This document shows, in pieces, positions 10,046-23,948 of a stretch of DNA of 46,729 bases. Each line of letters begins with the position of its first letter. Position 1 is the first letter of the stretch. Made by a program: the position numbers and the translations under genes. The notes beneath the pieces were generated by a model that did not search any database, had not been told where the DNA came from, and saw only the letters and a program-made list of their open reading frames with translations. The stretch spans positions 124,001-170,729 of the forward strand of contig JAVKOQ020000105.1 in assembly GCA_031835245.2 (NCBI GenBank), in the 5' to 3' direction. The stretch is from Balamuthia mandrillaris (Eukaryota).

Positions 10046-10543
10046 ATGGCAGAGGAGAATAGCTTGGGTTTGAGGAAAGGCCTCTTGGCAACATTGGCAT
10101 GTGGTGGCGCTAGTGCTGGCTCCCTCTTTGGCATGACGCAGCTGATCCCTCACCTGCTGTACGTGAGAGACATACAGTCCTACGCCATGACGGCCTCGGT
10201 TGTTGCCGTTGCAAACGTGATTTTGGAGCCAGTGCTGGAGCTATTTTTCAGGCCAAACAAGCTGGAGGAGAAGTACGACACGTTGGCTGATAAGAGCACA
10301 GCCTCCCCGAACAGTACAGCGCTGAACCTGGTGCGCGGACTGGGCCTGATAGCCCTTGACACGGCAGTCATCTACGGTGCAGGCCAAGCTCTCTTCCCAC
10401 GCTTTCGAACGGAGGGTTTTGCGCCTGCCTTGATAGCAGGAGCGGCAACGGCTGGTGCTTGGCTCGCTACTGAATCCTTCTTGCAGAGCTTTGAGCCTCC
10501 GCCACCACCTCCCGCCCAGAGGCTCATCCCTCCTGAACTGTAA
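10046..10543 (+). CDS. 4-TM phage holin superfamily IV / YvlD-like membrane protein
   Basis: ASVVAVANVILEPVL...RGLGLIALDTAVIY...FPRFRTEGFAPALIAG fits the bacterial pattern ALVLGLLNxxIRPIL...LGLFxLVINAxxL...VPGFxVxGFWxALLG. Probable 5'-UTR intron at ~10006-10037. Confidence 0.6.
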   Translation: MAEENSLGLRKGLLATLACGGASAGSLFGMTQLIPHLLYVRDIQSYAMTASVVAVANVILEPVLELFFRPNKLEEKYDTLADKSTASPNSTALNLVRGLGLIALDTAVIYGAGQALFPRFRTEGFAPALIAGAATAGAWLATESFLQSFEPPPPPPAQRLIPPEL

Positions 10544-10738
10544 ATGGTCAAGAAGCAGAGGGAGAGGAGGAGGATAGAAAGGAGGAAGAAGAAGAGGAGA
10601 GAGGAGGAGGAGGGGAAAAAACAGGAAACTCGAAATAAAAAATTTTGTTAAACGAGGAAAAACGAGAAGCAAGGGAGGGGAGGAGGAGTTGGGTCTTAGA
10701 AGGGTCTTCTCCTTGTTTCCTGGCCATCCTCTCATCCT

Positions 10739-13700
10739 TTACACACTAAAGCTGACGAGATCACCTCCAGAAGGCTGAGCAACATGCCGGTTAGAGGAGG
10801 AAGCATAGCCTGATGAACGTGAAGAATCTTGGTCGCTACTGCCGCCTTTGCCAAGTATGGTAGACAGGCGTTGGTAACTGTCCGGGTCGTCCTCTGGTCT
10901 GTGGCTGTCGAGGTAGGAGGAATAGCCGTTGGGCCTCGGTCCGTTCTCTATAAAATCAACGGCTTCTTTGTTGGAGGCAAAGACGGTGTCTGTAACGTTG
11001 GTACTGCCCAAAATGCCTGCTCTTAGGAAGCTCATTTTCAATTGCCCACGCAGTTTCACGAAGCACACCCGAATGCGTCTCAACTTGTAATCCTCCACCA
11101 TCTCGAATAGTATTTGTACAGCACTTGTTGAACAAAAGGTGATGAGTAAGATTGACAGGTCACTATTATCACGAAGGTTGTACAATACAAACCTTGCATC
11201 TATTTCTGGGATATTGCGGCAGTCTATCACAATGCCACGGAGAGGAGGCAAGGTCTTCTTTTCGCTTGGATGGGCAGTGTGGCTGCCCATCCGCTCTATT
11301 CTGCTGAACATTTCCTTGATCTGACCAATGTTGGCAAAGTATAGCGCCTCTTCAATACGAATGACCACTATTCCCTGATGCGATGGCAAGTGAGTAACCT
11401 ACTATCATGGAATACAAAGAGTTGCCAAGTGAGTAGCTTTCACTCTACTTACAGGTATTGTACGAGCATCACTCCAGCGAGAAATGTCCTTGAATTTGTT
11501 GCTCTTGGGTTCCAATCCCTGCGTTGTCATTGACATTAATAACAGGCGTCGCATGCGAACAACTCATAAAGCATCACAAAAGATCACGGACCAAAATGGC
11601 GATGTGAGGTAGAGAAGTATGCCGGATGATGAGGAACACAGAAATACCGAGGCTCACAACGATGCCGAGCTCCACACCCAGAGATAGGGTCAATACCAGC
11701 GTTGCCACAAACAGGAAAAGGGCTCCCCAAGCACGAATTTTAATCAAGAAGAAAAGGTCTTCCAATTCTAATAGGCCCAGTGCTGCAACAACTGAAAAAA
11801 GAAAGCAGGGATGATCAACAACTTCATATAAAGGGAAAACACAAGGGAGTAGAGCCCTACTGATGATGGCTGCTAGTGTAGTCTTTGGCAAATAATAAAA
11901 CACTGGTTGCAGGAAGAGAATAGCCATGATCATAATTAATGCAGTAACAACACCATGGAGCTGGGTTCGGGCTCCTGCCGATTCAGCAATAGAGCTACGC
12001 ATAAGGCTGCCAAAGGCGGGCATTATGCGAAAGAATGAGCCCAAAATATTGGCCATACCAAGTGCTACCAGTTCTCTGTTGGGGCTTACTGGATAATTAT
12101 ACTTGGCGGCGTAGTGCTTCGCAATAATGATCGACTCTGTTAGAGATGAGGATAACAATAATGAGGAAAAAAAAAACAACCAAACAAAAACGCACAAATA
12201 AAAAGGGAGAAGCGCAAACCGATAAAGCCTAAAACGCTAATAACCATGGCACTCACCAAGCTGTCTGAAAAGACGCCCACGGATTTGAGTTGTGGTGGTT
12301 GTGGAACTGGGAAACCAGACGGTATCTTGCCCAAAATGGCAACCCCTTCTGCTTGCAGATCGCTTAGCCATGAGAACAAAATGCTTATCAAAACCACAAC
12401 CATTGTCATCTGCAACAGAGAAAGAGATATAGGTAGAGATGGAATATAGTGAGCGTAGGCCGAGGAAATCATATTGAGAGGGAGAATAAAGCAAACCGGG
12501 ATAAACTTGACAAAGGAGTAACGTTTCTGTCTAGTTTTAGCAATCAGCATGTTCAAAGCACGAAAGGATAAAAGAACCATTATCGTCACAATTCCTAATG
12601 TGCATAACGAGAAGTGTTACATGCCCTCCTGACAAGACAACGAGAATAGGGATGGAGGAAGAAAGCAAAGAGGGAAAACTTACCAAGAACCAGCGTTTGC
12701 CAATTGGTATGTGATATGTTCTTGATAATATTGGGGAATTTATGCCAGTCGTGCAAGTGGGCATTGGTGATGCCAAGCAGTGTATCCACCTGTTCCATCA
12801 TCACCATAAGGGCCACGGCATTGATGAATCCGCTGAGCAGTGGACGTGAGAGCACGTTGTCCAAAAATCCGAACCGCAAAATTCCTAGTCCAAACAAAAA
12901 CAGCCCACACTGTTTGAAATGTATTGGATTAGGATACCAAAGACATATAAAACAAATAAGCCTGAGGAATGCTCACCGTGAAAGCTATGATGTGGGTAAA
13001 GTTAGGATAATCGCTTGGGTCTAAGCCGGATGACTGTAGATTTAGGCCAAGAAGAATGCTAGCCACTGTTTCTGGTCCAACCGCCATCTGCTTGCTATTA
13101 CCCATGCAGGCATACACTATTAGTGGGAACTTCATCATGGATGATGGGCGAACCGTCAGTATTGCACTTAGATTTCACACTGATTCAGAAAAGGGATGAA
13201 AAGGGCACCCAGCATGAATACAGGCCGTATTGGGGAGGGAGTCCAGCAAGCAGGGCCATGGCAAGGCTCTGTGGAATGAGCATGGCTGCAACAGCCAGAC
13301 CTGCGGCGAGGTCTCTGGGCAGATAGCTCCACTTATATTGAGGGAGCCACGTCATGATGGGCACATAGTACGGGAACCGTTGCTTGAATGTCTTCCAGTG
13401 CAGCCATTCTCTGTAGTTCATGTTGCCGTTCAATCAACAATTGCCTCTGACCGCCAATAAACTGAAAACACAACAGAAAAGAAAATCAAAGGGTGAACCT
13501 GAAGCCGCTGAACAGGGAAAGGTTGCTCCAAGAAGCGCCATCCTCCAGAGCAAATTCCGAGGCAGCGCCCATAGCCCTACTCCTGTAATAGGCATCAAGG
13601 TAATGCATTTCCTTGTCCATGCTAGCGAGCATAGCTGCATATTGCTGAGCTGCTTCTTGGCTTGGTTCTGCTCCCATTCGACATGCCACGTTAGAGTCCT

Positions 13701-14248
13701 CTACCGGAAATTGGGACAAAAAAAAGAGAGAAAGATGGACAAAGACAGGGAGGCGGAGCGACGAGAGAGGAGAGACGAGAGAGTGGCAGAGGGAGGGAGA
13801 TGACAATACTTGCGCGTCTCCAACGCAGACCGAAAGCGGAAGGTTGCTCGTCACCAGCAGAGGCTTCTTCGTTGGAGGTTTCTTGGGCAAGGAGGCGAGC
13901 TCCTGCCTCAAACTCTTCTCGCTCTTTGTCTTTGTTTTGGCGGTCTTCAAGAGAGGAGGGAGATGGAGAAGAAGAGGAGGAGGACAAAGCAGAAGGACGG
14001 GAAGCCGTTCCAGTTCTCTTCCTTCTGGAGCCAGGAGAGCGCTCCACTCCGTCCTCTTCCTCGCTGCTGTAGTAATAGTAGTCATCGTCGTCGCTACTCC
14101 AACGAGCACTTTCTGTGGTGGTAGGTGGTTGCCCCTCTCCGCTATTCACAGGGCCAGGGTTACTTTCTTCGCCGTTTTCGCCCAACAGCCGGTCAAACTC
14201 GTTGCCAGAGCCCCGTAGGCTTCCAAATACTCTGTCCATCCATGACAT
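10739..14248 (-). CDS. SLC26/SulP sulfate/anion transporter with STAS domain
   Basis: YVPIMTWLPQY, DLAAGLAVAAMLIPQSLAMALLAGLPPQYGLYS, VGPE, SRPLLSGF, NRELVALG, GSLMRS, and STAS RIEEALYFAN; many GT-AG introns. Confidence 0.95.
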
Positions 14249-14806
14249 TTTGCTAGCGCCACCTCCTGTGCCAAATCCTGTGAGCCGCCGCCAGTTCTTC
14301 TTTCGCTACCGCTGCCGCCAACTCCGCCCACGCTCCTGCGCACCGTTTTGTAGCTTACGCCGTGGTTGTTTCGCGTGGCTTGGCGCTGAAGAAGCACAAC
14401 AACAACCAACAACAGCAGCAGCAACAAGGAAAACGGTAGCGCAAGTAAGGGATAGGGGGGGTGGGCAGCAGTTGCGCTATTCACGACGCACCACCAACTT
14501 CCACCACCACCACTAGCAGCAGCAGCAGCAAAACAACAGCAGCAGCAAAACAACAGCAGCAGCACCAGCGGAGAGCGCTGGTGGTGAGGGAAGCCTGGTC
14601 AGAAAATTCGCTTTCCGCATTTACCTCCTACCATGACGACGCGGGGGACAGAGGAGGAAGGCGTTCGGCCACTTTGCCAACGACCAAAGATCTCTCGGGG
14701 TTGCACGCTCAAATCTTGTTACAGGGGTATTTATTTATTCATTGTGGCCAGGTCCCAATGTCCCGACATGGGGAGGTCTGGACAGGAGGAGGCAAGGCAC
14801 AAAGCT

Positions 14807-15569
14807 TTATTCCCAACCCTTCTTGATGGCGAAGGCATACTCGTACTCAAGATGGTTTTGGCCGTCGTCGTCCACAAACTTGTGCTTGCCCTTGTACTGC
14901 CCTCGGGCCAACATGCCAGAAGGAGCCTCGTCCCAGCCATGGCGAGGGAACACAACTACGTGGGACTCAGCCTGAGGTGGGAAAGATCCCAACATCTCTT
15001 CTTCCTTGGCAACTGGAAGTTTGACGGGAGAGTAAGAAAGGGTTCAGAGCCAGCAAGCAAGCAAGCAAGCAAACAAACAAACAAACAGAGGGTGTGAACG
15101 CACCTCTTACACCCTTCCTGTACACCAAGTTAACGAACTTGAGACCAGCAACGATTTCGTGCTGCACCTTGAAAGAAATCTGAATCTTATACTCGCACTT
15201 CTCTTTCAAAGTGAAAGGGGTGTCCTTGAGCTTCTCCTCAGCGCCCTTCTCTTCAAGGTTGTACAGGATGTCACCTCCGGGTCGGTCCTTGATGATGACC
15301 TTCATTTCCTTGATGACCACTCGGCGAGGATCATCGGAGGCTGTGCGAAAGAAAATGCACGCGTTAGGCGAATAAACACAAGAGCAACAGAGGTGAGGTA
15401 GAGAAGATAACTCACGAGCGATGTTTCCTTCAAGGGCTTTGCCAAGCAAAGCCTCTTTGTACTTGCGCAGACTCTCGTCCTCCTCATCCATGGTAAGGAT
15501 GGTGTTCATGTCCACCTTCTTGGACACCTTGTATCCAGGGGTATTGGTGTCTTCCTCGTGGTCGGACAT
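14807..15569 (-). CDS. Rho GDP-dissociation inhibitor
   Basis: DEEDESLRKYKEALLG, FTLKEK, EEMLGSFPPQ, EAPSGMLARGQY, FVDDD, AIKKGWE; two introns. Confidence 0.95.
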
Positions 15570-16022
15570 CTTGGCGAGCTTACGAAATAATCACAAAAAA
15601 TACAGAGAGGGCAAGAAGAGTTCTTCTTCTTCTTCGATACGACGACGAAAGGAGTGAACGAAGAAAAAGCCAAAAAAAATTTTGGAGCAAAGCAAACAAA
15701 CCACCCCTCAAAATATTAACAAAAAAAATTTTCCTTCCTCGATTGCGGAGTTCCACATAACCTCCGTTCCAATAGTAATCTTATCTATTGCTGACATCAT
15801 CGCCCCATAGCATTGGCCAAAATATTAAACTCCGAAAAAATTAAAGCCCTACGCGGGACGCTTGCTTGCCCTAACCTTTATTTTTTCAGATCCATGCAGG
15901 AAGACAGCGGAGGGGAGGGACGGGCTTTGCGAGAGCAAGGGGGAGAGTGGGCTCCTGTACATGCAAACAAAGTAGAAGAAGGAAAGGGTGTCGAATAGGA
16001 GGGCGATAGAGTGGGAGAAAAG

Positions 16023-17760
16023 TTAATATTTCTCTTGGCTGGTGAGTCCCCTTGCCACGCCCTCTGTGAAGTTGTGAAGGAACTGGCCAAATAATAATAA
16101 TAATAAAAAAAAGCAGCCCAATGAGAGCCAACGGGAGAAGAAAATAAAGGAAGACAAAGAGCTGTTGTCAGTAAAAGCCACTAACTCCAAAAAGAAAAAA
16201 AAACACTTTGAAAGCATACCTTATCACAAATCCTGGTATAATTTGTGACTTCTTCTTTCCACTCTATAAATGTGTGGTAATCAGGCAGCTTCTCAATGTC
16301 TCTCTCGTAGAGCTCGCTCAAGTAGTTGGTGTGTTTCTCCAAGTCCTCTTGGAGGTATTCGAATAGATTCTTTTCAGCTGCTTTCTTTTCCTCCTTCGAG
16401 ATATAAAAGCCATAAACATAGGACCATTCCAATACTCGACGATTCTGTTGCAGTTGTGAGGAAAAGACGAGTCATTAGCGCTGAGGCCAGAGAAGGCAAG
16501 TAAAGCATACCCTAAGAAGCTGCTCCGTGGCCTCTGACAAGAATTTGGTGTCAGCAGCCCGTACGTCGAACTTTTCCATCAAATTGGTGCCTCTGATGCT
16601 GGCAGTCTTTCTTTGTTGATCGGCCACTTTCATGGCGTTCTTGTGGGACTCAAACCTGTGGTAATAGAACATGTAGTGTTCGAGCTCTGTTTTTGCAGAA
16701 GCGGCGCTAACGTCCTCTTCATGTGCATTAGATTTGTCATACTTGTTGCAGTTGTAATAACCACCAGTGTGAGAGCCGTGTTCGCTCCAGGGACCCCTGC
16801 AAAGCCAACTGTGGAAGGGCGCAAAAGTAAGAATGCTTGAAAATAAGCAAAAATCACAAACGAGCACAAACCAAAACTCATGGCCGCATCCACCAGCGTT
16901 CTTTCTACAGGTCATGTGCATACAGCCACCGTTCTTCTCAATAGGAGACCTACATTGTGGGCACCTGTCGAGATGAGATAAAGCAAAAAAGAGTTAATAC
17001 GCAGATAAGGCAAATGAAGGGGAGATAGGACTCACTTTTTTGTGTTTGCAATCATCCAAGTGACATTCTCAGATTCATCAGCTGCTTTCTGCAGCCACGC
17101 GTCTACCTGCTCACAGTTGGCGGGCGTGTGGTCTCCAACTTCATAATCGTTGCAACGGAAACTGCATAGGAATCAAATAGGAGGGAGAAACGAGGAAAGA
17201 AAAAAAAGTTTGTAAGCAGGATCCTGCACATCGTACGAGCATGAGGAAAGGTTGAAAATACCAAAAAGCAAAACCGCATTGGCATTGCACAGCTTCCGTC
17301 CTTTGCCGCCTTTCTGCCCGAACGCACCGGCTGCAACCAGGAGCGGGACACCACTTTACTTTGGGGTTATCGTCCACGAAGGAACGAAGTAGATATTTCG
17401 AATAGGTTTCAAATTCTTTTGGCCCCACTATCTTCTTGAATGCATCTTCATGCACTACGCTTGTGCACTTGGGAGCCATACATTTGGTAGAAATACACTC
17501 CGGTCCGTCGTTGATCTTTACTTCCAAGTAATTTTTCCAACACTCGCTGCAGTAACGGTGGCCGCAAGGCAGAGCAAACGAATCCTTATTTTTATATTCC
17601 TCCATGCATACCAGACATTCGCTCTACGAGTGGGGCAGTAAGTCAGTGCACATCAAACAAATTCAGCAAAATACAAAAGAGAAAACAAGAGAAGAGATAA
17701 ACAACGAGTGAAAATGAAGCTAAAAGCGAACGGAGACGGAAGGCGCAAAAGATAGCAGAG

Positions 17761-17813
<53 letters not shown>

Positions 17814-18306
17814 CAGAGTGAGAAAACATACAATTTGCTCAGGATTCTCCACCGGAGTGTCCAAGTTTCCTATTGTGACTCCTGCCTTTGAGCAGACTCG
17901 CTCAGGATCTTCCAAATAACCCTCAACAAGCCGTTCTCGATTCCAACTTCGCACGCAAAAAGACGCGTCAGCAAACAAAGACCATCACTCGAGAAAAGTG
18001 TAAAACGGGAACGTACTTGTAGGCCCTCAAAAGCACAGCAGCCACAGCTTGGTTAGGGATACCAAGAAATTCAACTACCCCATTGATAAGTTTTTTCGAT
18101 TCTTCAAGCACCTGATCTTCACTGAGTACTTCATAAGATTGCTGTTTTGTTGGAATGGCAGCCTCCTCGAGCCCAGTAATCTCTTCCTCGAACTCGTTGA
18201 GTGGCTCTTCTTCCTCCTCCTCTTCTTCTTCCTCTACTTCCTCCTCTTCATCGAAGTCTTGGTACTCCCCTTCATCGAACAGTTCTTCCTCCGACATGTC
18301 CGACAT
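16023..18306 (-). CDS. Ariadne-family RBR E3 ubiquitin ligase (ARIH1/rbrA-like)
   Basis: Acidic N-terminus, RING1 CGHRYCSECW, IBR KWCPAPGC, RING2 IEKNGGCMHMTC, Ariadne domain HYMFYYHRFESH and LFEYLQEDLE; last exon ends GLTSQEKY*. Confidence 0.95.
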
Positions 18307-18620
18307 TTTTCCCTTCTGTTTGGGTTCCTCGCTTCTCTTTCGTTTCGGAATCTTGGCTACTTTGAAGGGCGAACCTATGTGCACAGGGGGAAGGTGTGAA
18401 CTCGAAATCTCAACAAAAGGACACTGACCCTCAGCCCCAACCTCGGCACAAAAATAAGAGAAAGCGGTTCTGTTCGTGTGTGGGTGCTTGTCTTGAGTTT
18501 GCTCAAAAAAAAGATCGAAGAAAAAAATTGTGTCCACAAAAATTCAGGCTTTTACTATTCACCGAAGTTGACAGCGCTAAGGCGACAAGATCAATTGCCG
18601 CCACAGGGAAAAAATAGCGT

Positions 18621-18693
18621 TGCCCCATGTGAGGCTCGAACTCACGACCTCCGCGTTATAAGCACGGCGCTCTACCGACTAAGCTAATGGGGC
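18621..18693 (-). tRNA. tRNA-Ile(UAU), intronless
   Basis: Minus strand GCCCCATTAGCTTAGTCGGTAGAGCGCCGTGCTTATAACGCGGAGGTCGTGAGTTCGAGCCTCACATGGGGCA; anticodon loop CTTATAA; T-run Pol III terminator at ~18609-18614. Confidence 0.95.
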
Positions 18694-18826
18694 TGGTTCG
18701 CTGGACACAGTTCTATTTTCGCCACCCAAATGGAAAACAGCCGTACCTACGCCATTATGGTAGCAAAGGCAACAAACAGGAATTCGGGGCAGAAGCTTTC
18801 TCTCTCACGCTGGACAACATAAAAAG

Positions 18827-20136
18827 TCACTTTTCCACTTTCCTTTGTTTCGCCTCCCATTCTGCTAGTCTTTGTTTTACCAGAAAGCTGTCCTCGCGCG
18901 TGAAGGGTTCTAGGGTACCAGTCCTGCTACTTCGCTGTTCGGCCTCAGCAAAAAAAAGTTTGTTTGTCATTGCGGCCACCTTTTCTCCACGCACCCGCCC
19001 CGAGGTATGTCGCAACACATGCGTGTCTTTTTCCTGAGTTCCCTCTTGTTCTGAGACACTGCGTCTTAGTTGTTGTCTTGGCAGTGAGAGGAAGATTTGT
19101 GTATGTTGCCCTTCTTCGCTATGACTATCACCCTCTTCTGAAGCTTCATTTGGCAGTGGCAAAGTTGCTGAAACGCTGGTTAGGCAGACCTGCGAGGAAC
19201 CTCCAACCCTTCCTTCATCCGTGCCAACTGACAGTTCCCTATATGCTTTAGATTTCTCTCCGTCTATTTCTTCTATCGGTTCGTTGTTGGTGGGAGAAAC
19301 AGCTGAACTATCCTCGTTCCGGGGATGAAGCTCGTCAGAGCGTTGGTGTTGTTGAGGAGGTTCGTCATGACGTTTGTTGTGCTTCGCGTGGCTCTTATGT
19401 TTTGGGTTATGAGATCGGTGGTGGTGTTGGTGTTTGGAGGCAGTAGTGGCTGCGCTGGTGCTGATTATTGAAGTTGGGCTTTGGGGCAGTGGCGCGACGT
19501 TCGTTGTTTTGCTGGACCCGTGGGGCAGCTCATGGGGTCCCACTTCCATCTGATGGGAAGACCCCTCTTTTGTTGGGTTTTCTTGGTGTTCATCTACTCC
19601 GTCATGCTTCAAGGATGTCGTCGCCCGCCTGACCTCAAGTGCTGGCCCAGCCTCCCCCGTTGCGCTTTCTTTCTTCTCTTTGCTCTCTGATGTATTGCTT
19701 TCCTTCATAGAAGAGGTCATGCCTAAAGCTCGAGAAGCTTCATCACCACTGCTGCTACTGCCGCTCCTGCTACTACTGTCGATATTGCTGTTCCGCTGAT
19801 GAAGGGGTTGCAGTACTTCTACTGTCTTCGAAGTTTCTCGTGACCTCCGGGATGTTCTTCTGTTTGGCTCTTTCTTTTGGCGGCGTTCCTCTTGCTGTGT
19901 TTGCTCCTCCTCCAAACGGCGAAGGACGTCTAAAAGCTTGCGGTCCTACACCATACGACAACGTTAGCGTTAGTAACGCATGCATCTCCTTTCTCAACAT
20001 AACTACTGCCTGCCGACTACGACTTGTACCTGTTTTTCAAGTTTCGCAAACAAAATGGAAGGCTGTCTGTCTGCTGGTGACTCCCACTGAGCCCTTTCCT
20101 TGTACCTTTGAAAATGGTCAGTGACTATTCCTTCAC

Positions 20137-20176
<40 letters not shown>

Positions 20177-21059
20177 CTTACTCCATTGTATCATGCGAAA
20201 GGAGAGGCAGCCATTCCTTGTAAAGTGGTTCTTTACAATCGGGCAGTAGTCCATTTTCTCCTATCTCCACCATAAAATGTTGGACAAGAGGTTCTTTGTA
20301 TCGAACGAATCCCAGTTGACCAAGTGACAGCAACACACGTCCTACGGCATTATGTCAGAGAAGCGACCAACAACTGAAGAAACTAGAGGCCTTACAAAGA
20401 AGGTTAGAAGGACTACACCTACCTATAGTTTTTGGAGTGAAGCTACTCTCATTTATGTACACATAGCTCCATTCCCAAGTGGCTGGATGGCGGTCAATCT
20501 CTCCAGTACTTACATTTACCAGTTTCATGCCCATTAGACGCAAAACTGACCTGGTGGCAGAAACAGGAAAGGTAAGCACCAACAACGGGAACCACTCGGC
20601 GCTTTTACGTACTGATACAACCGAAGAACTCGAAGTGAAGCGGCTAGGTTCTGTTTGATCTGCTTGGCCTCAACCTGGCATAAGAAGAGGGGTCGTTATT
20701 TATTAATAACGGTATAAATGTTCTGGAAGCAGAACCATACCTTGGACAGGCAGTGCTCGCCTTCCCCGAAGATAGGAAAGAACCAGTCTAATCGGCTGTT
20801 GCATTGCGGTTAGGACATCCCAACGAAAATTCTGATTAAACAGAATATTTTGAGAGGAAGCAACTTACTGTGGCTCGCTGTGTAGTTGTTCCCAGTCACC
20901 ATACCATTTAAACAACATATCCTCCAGATAGCCCTCCTCCGGAAGCGGGAGCTTGTTGGAAAAGAATAGCCAGTGGGAGCAACCGGTGCTGGTCCCTTTG
21001 GAACCCTTCCTCTTTTCCTTGACCTGTTGTTTATTGCCAAAGCATCCGCATCCTGACAT
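18827..21059 (-). CDS. OGFr (opioid growth factor receptor) domain protein with long disordered C-terminus
   Basis: YLEDMLFKWYGDWEQL...RLDWFFPI...GMKLVNVSTGEIDR resembles the OGFr N-terminal domain; multi-exon, last exon low-complexity. Confidence 0.7.
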
Positions 21060-21440
21060 GAGTAGCCGTGCTTAAAAGAGGGAAAGTCCTTTCGTCAACT
21101 GGGACCTCCTCCTCCTCCTCCTGTCTTTCTTTCTTTGCTGAACAGGCACCAAAGGGAGGTGGCCCCTCAAATGAAATCTGTCGACAGGTTTTGCCTTCCC
21201 GCCAAAATCAAAACAAAAAAAAAACGAATCCAAATAAATAGAAAAGGAAGGAAGGAAGGCCCACTTGCCCCCCCTCCCTCCTCCACCCACCACCCACCCA
21301 CCTTCCACAATAAGAATCGATAAGAGGGAACAACCTGGTTTAGTTCCAAAAGGAGGGCTCGGTAGCTACCACTTGCTTTTTTTAAAATAGCGGAGACAGT
21401 TACTTAAGGCGGCTTGTTATTAGTTCAGCCTAAACAAAAG

Positions 21441-22586
21441 ATGGAACCGATGTCAAGGAACGAACTGCTTGACCTCTCTTTTTCGCGAGAACTCAACGCA
21501 TTAGAGGTGTTCTTTAATTTGCTCTTCTCTCTCCCTCCCTCCTTCTCACGGTGCATTCTTACTTTTCTATGTCGACTTTTTCACTTGGCAGGATGAGAAT
21601 AGCCTTCATAAACAGTTCGAATGGTTGACCCTCCCAGAGAAACCGCTGTCACGTAACAAGCCTTCCGCTGCCGCCTCCTCCAGCTTATACGACATGGAGG
21701 AGGCCGCCAGGATTGAAAGGAAATGGAAAGAGTATGTGAACTCCTCCTCTTTGTTTGCCTTTTGATGCCAAACTGGGGTCGCTCACGCAGTGTCTTCTTC
21801 TGCATGCAGCGAAGACAGACCGAACATATCCCAACTGCACGAACTGCCAAACGCTTTGTTTTGTGAGGGCACAGTTGAGTCTATAGAGTCAAGCGCCCAC
21901 TATTTGAATACAGTAATGGAAGGGCTGGGCTATTCCAGCATAGCTGGCCTGGGGGCTGTCCCCTACGACCTCTCTGTCATTGCACAGGTTATGAACTTGC
22001 TTTGGGCTATAACACAAAGGCAACAGGTCACAGCACCCTCCTCTTTCCTTTGCTTCTCAAAAGTGATGGCCATCATCACTGAGACACGACTTATAAATAA
22101 ATAGAAGGAGAGCGCCCTCTTACGCCAACAGGAGGAGACAACTGAGAGACTTGCCAGAGACGTTCAAACCCTTACCCACACTAAAGTACGTGCTGCCAGA
22201 GCGTGAGTCTTCCACCGCAGCTAACCCATAGTTGCCTCCTTTTAAACAATCGGCTATCCATCTGTCACGCAACCACAACCAAACCAACCACATAGCATGC
22301 CTTGCAAGAACGTGTCATACATTTAGAAAAGGAAGTGACCTGGCAAAAAAACAAAGCGAGGTAGCCTTCGTTTTGCTTTCTTCGTACGCCTAAAGTGCGC
22401 ACCCAAACTTATATCCTTTCTATGTTTCCTTCCAGAGCCCAGAAGCAAGACTATGATGGACAGAAAGCACAGTGGGAACAAGAAAAGAAGCACCTCAATC
22501 ACCAGATCGTTTCTCTGCAAAGGCGAGATACTCAATATGTGGTACAAGCAGCCAAGAGGGGTGAAGCTGTTCTGCGCTTTCCTAAC

Positions 22587-22621
<35 letters not shown>

Positions 22622-23114
22622 CGTCAGCATGAAATGCGAAAAAAGGAACGAGAATATGAACGGCTAAAGGATAGATTGAAGCAAATGGTCACAGAGAGGA
22701 AAAAAGAGAACCTGGCCAGCATGAATCTCTTGCGTTCAGTTCGCATTCCGAAATCTGCGGTCGGCGGTCCTTCTTCAGTAAGAGCTAATTCCTTTTGATT
22801 GTTAACCTGTGTTGTTTGCTCATGATTGTTATATCTTCTGCAAAAGGATCCATCATCCTTGTTGGGCAGCATAGTACAACGCTATGAGAAGAAAGAAGAA
22901 GTGTTGAGGCAGGAAAATACCCTCCTGCGCCGCACCACATACGAGCTGCACAAGCAAGTTACTGATCTATTATCTTTTGTAAGTGGTCTCGCTGCGGTTG
23001 GTACCAACGCCCACATTGATGGAGAGAAGGAGAATGCAGCCAACCCTATCAAGAAAACAAACGTGAATGATCCAAACCTTACTGCCTTATATAAACGAGT
23101 GGAAACGGCACGAG

Positions 23115-23159
<45 letters not shown>

Positions 23160-23882
23160 CTCTCTGCTCATTCTATTTCTTACATTTTTTTTTTCAGTCT
23201 CTTCCAAGGATGAACAGCACGAGGATTGCTCTTCTTGGCGGAGACGAATCCGCGAAGGCTGAAACGCGAGAAGAGAGCAAGCAAAAGAAGACTGTTCCCT
23301 TCCATCTTTTACAAGATAGTCTGGAAAATGATGTCAGGAAAGATGTTGCCTTACTACGAAATGTTTTCTCTTCCTTGCATGAACACTACCAGAAGGCTCC
23401 TTTATCAGAGCACAACAAGCAGGCTCCCACCTCCTCGGAAAAACCAACCAGTATTCATTCTGTAGATAAACAGCTTATTGAACAGCAGCAGAAGCTAATT
23501 GATATCGCTTTGGTACAGAAGGAACCTCTTTCACCACGTAGTTCCTTGGATACCTCTCGGTAAGCAGGCATTGCCTCTCGTTGGCTTGGCTACTTTTAAC
23601 CACATATATCCCTGCCTTAGCTCGGAGGAATTGAGGCAACAGCTTCTGGACGAGCATGCGTTGTTTGAAGAAAAGAACCTTAACTTTCAGCAAGAGCGAG
23701 ATCGGCTTACCCAGGCTGCCATGCAACTTTGCAGAGACCGGCTGGAGTTCGAGGTTAACTTCAATGCGATCTTATTCTCTTTTTGTTTTTCCTCATCATT
23801 TCTCCCCTCAACTCAGAATGAACGACACGCCTTCAAGAACCAGTTTAACCATTGGCAACAAGGGCTCAGCAACAAAAGTAAC

Positions 23883-23948
<66 letters not shown>

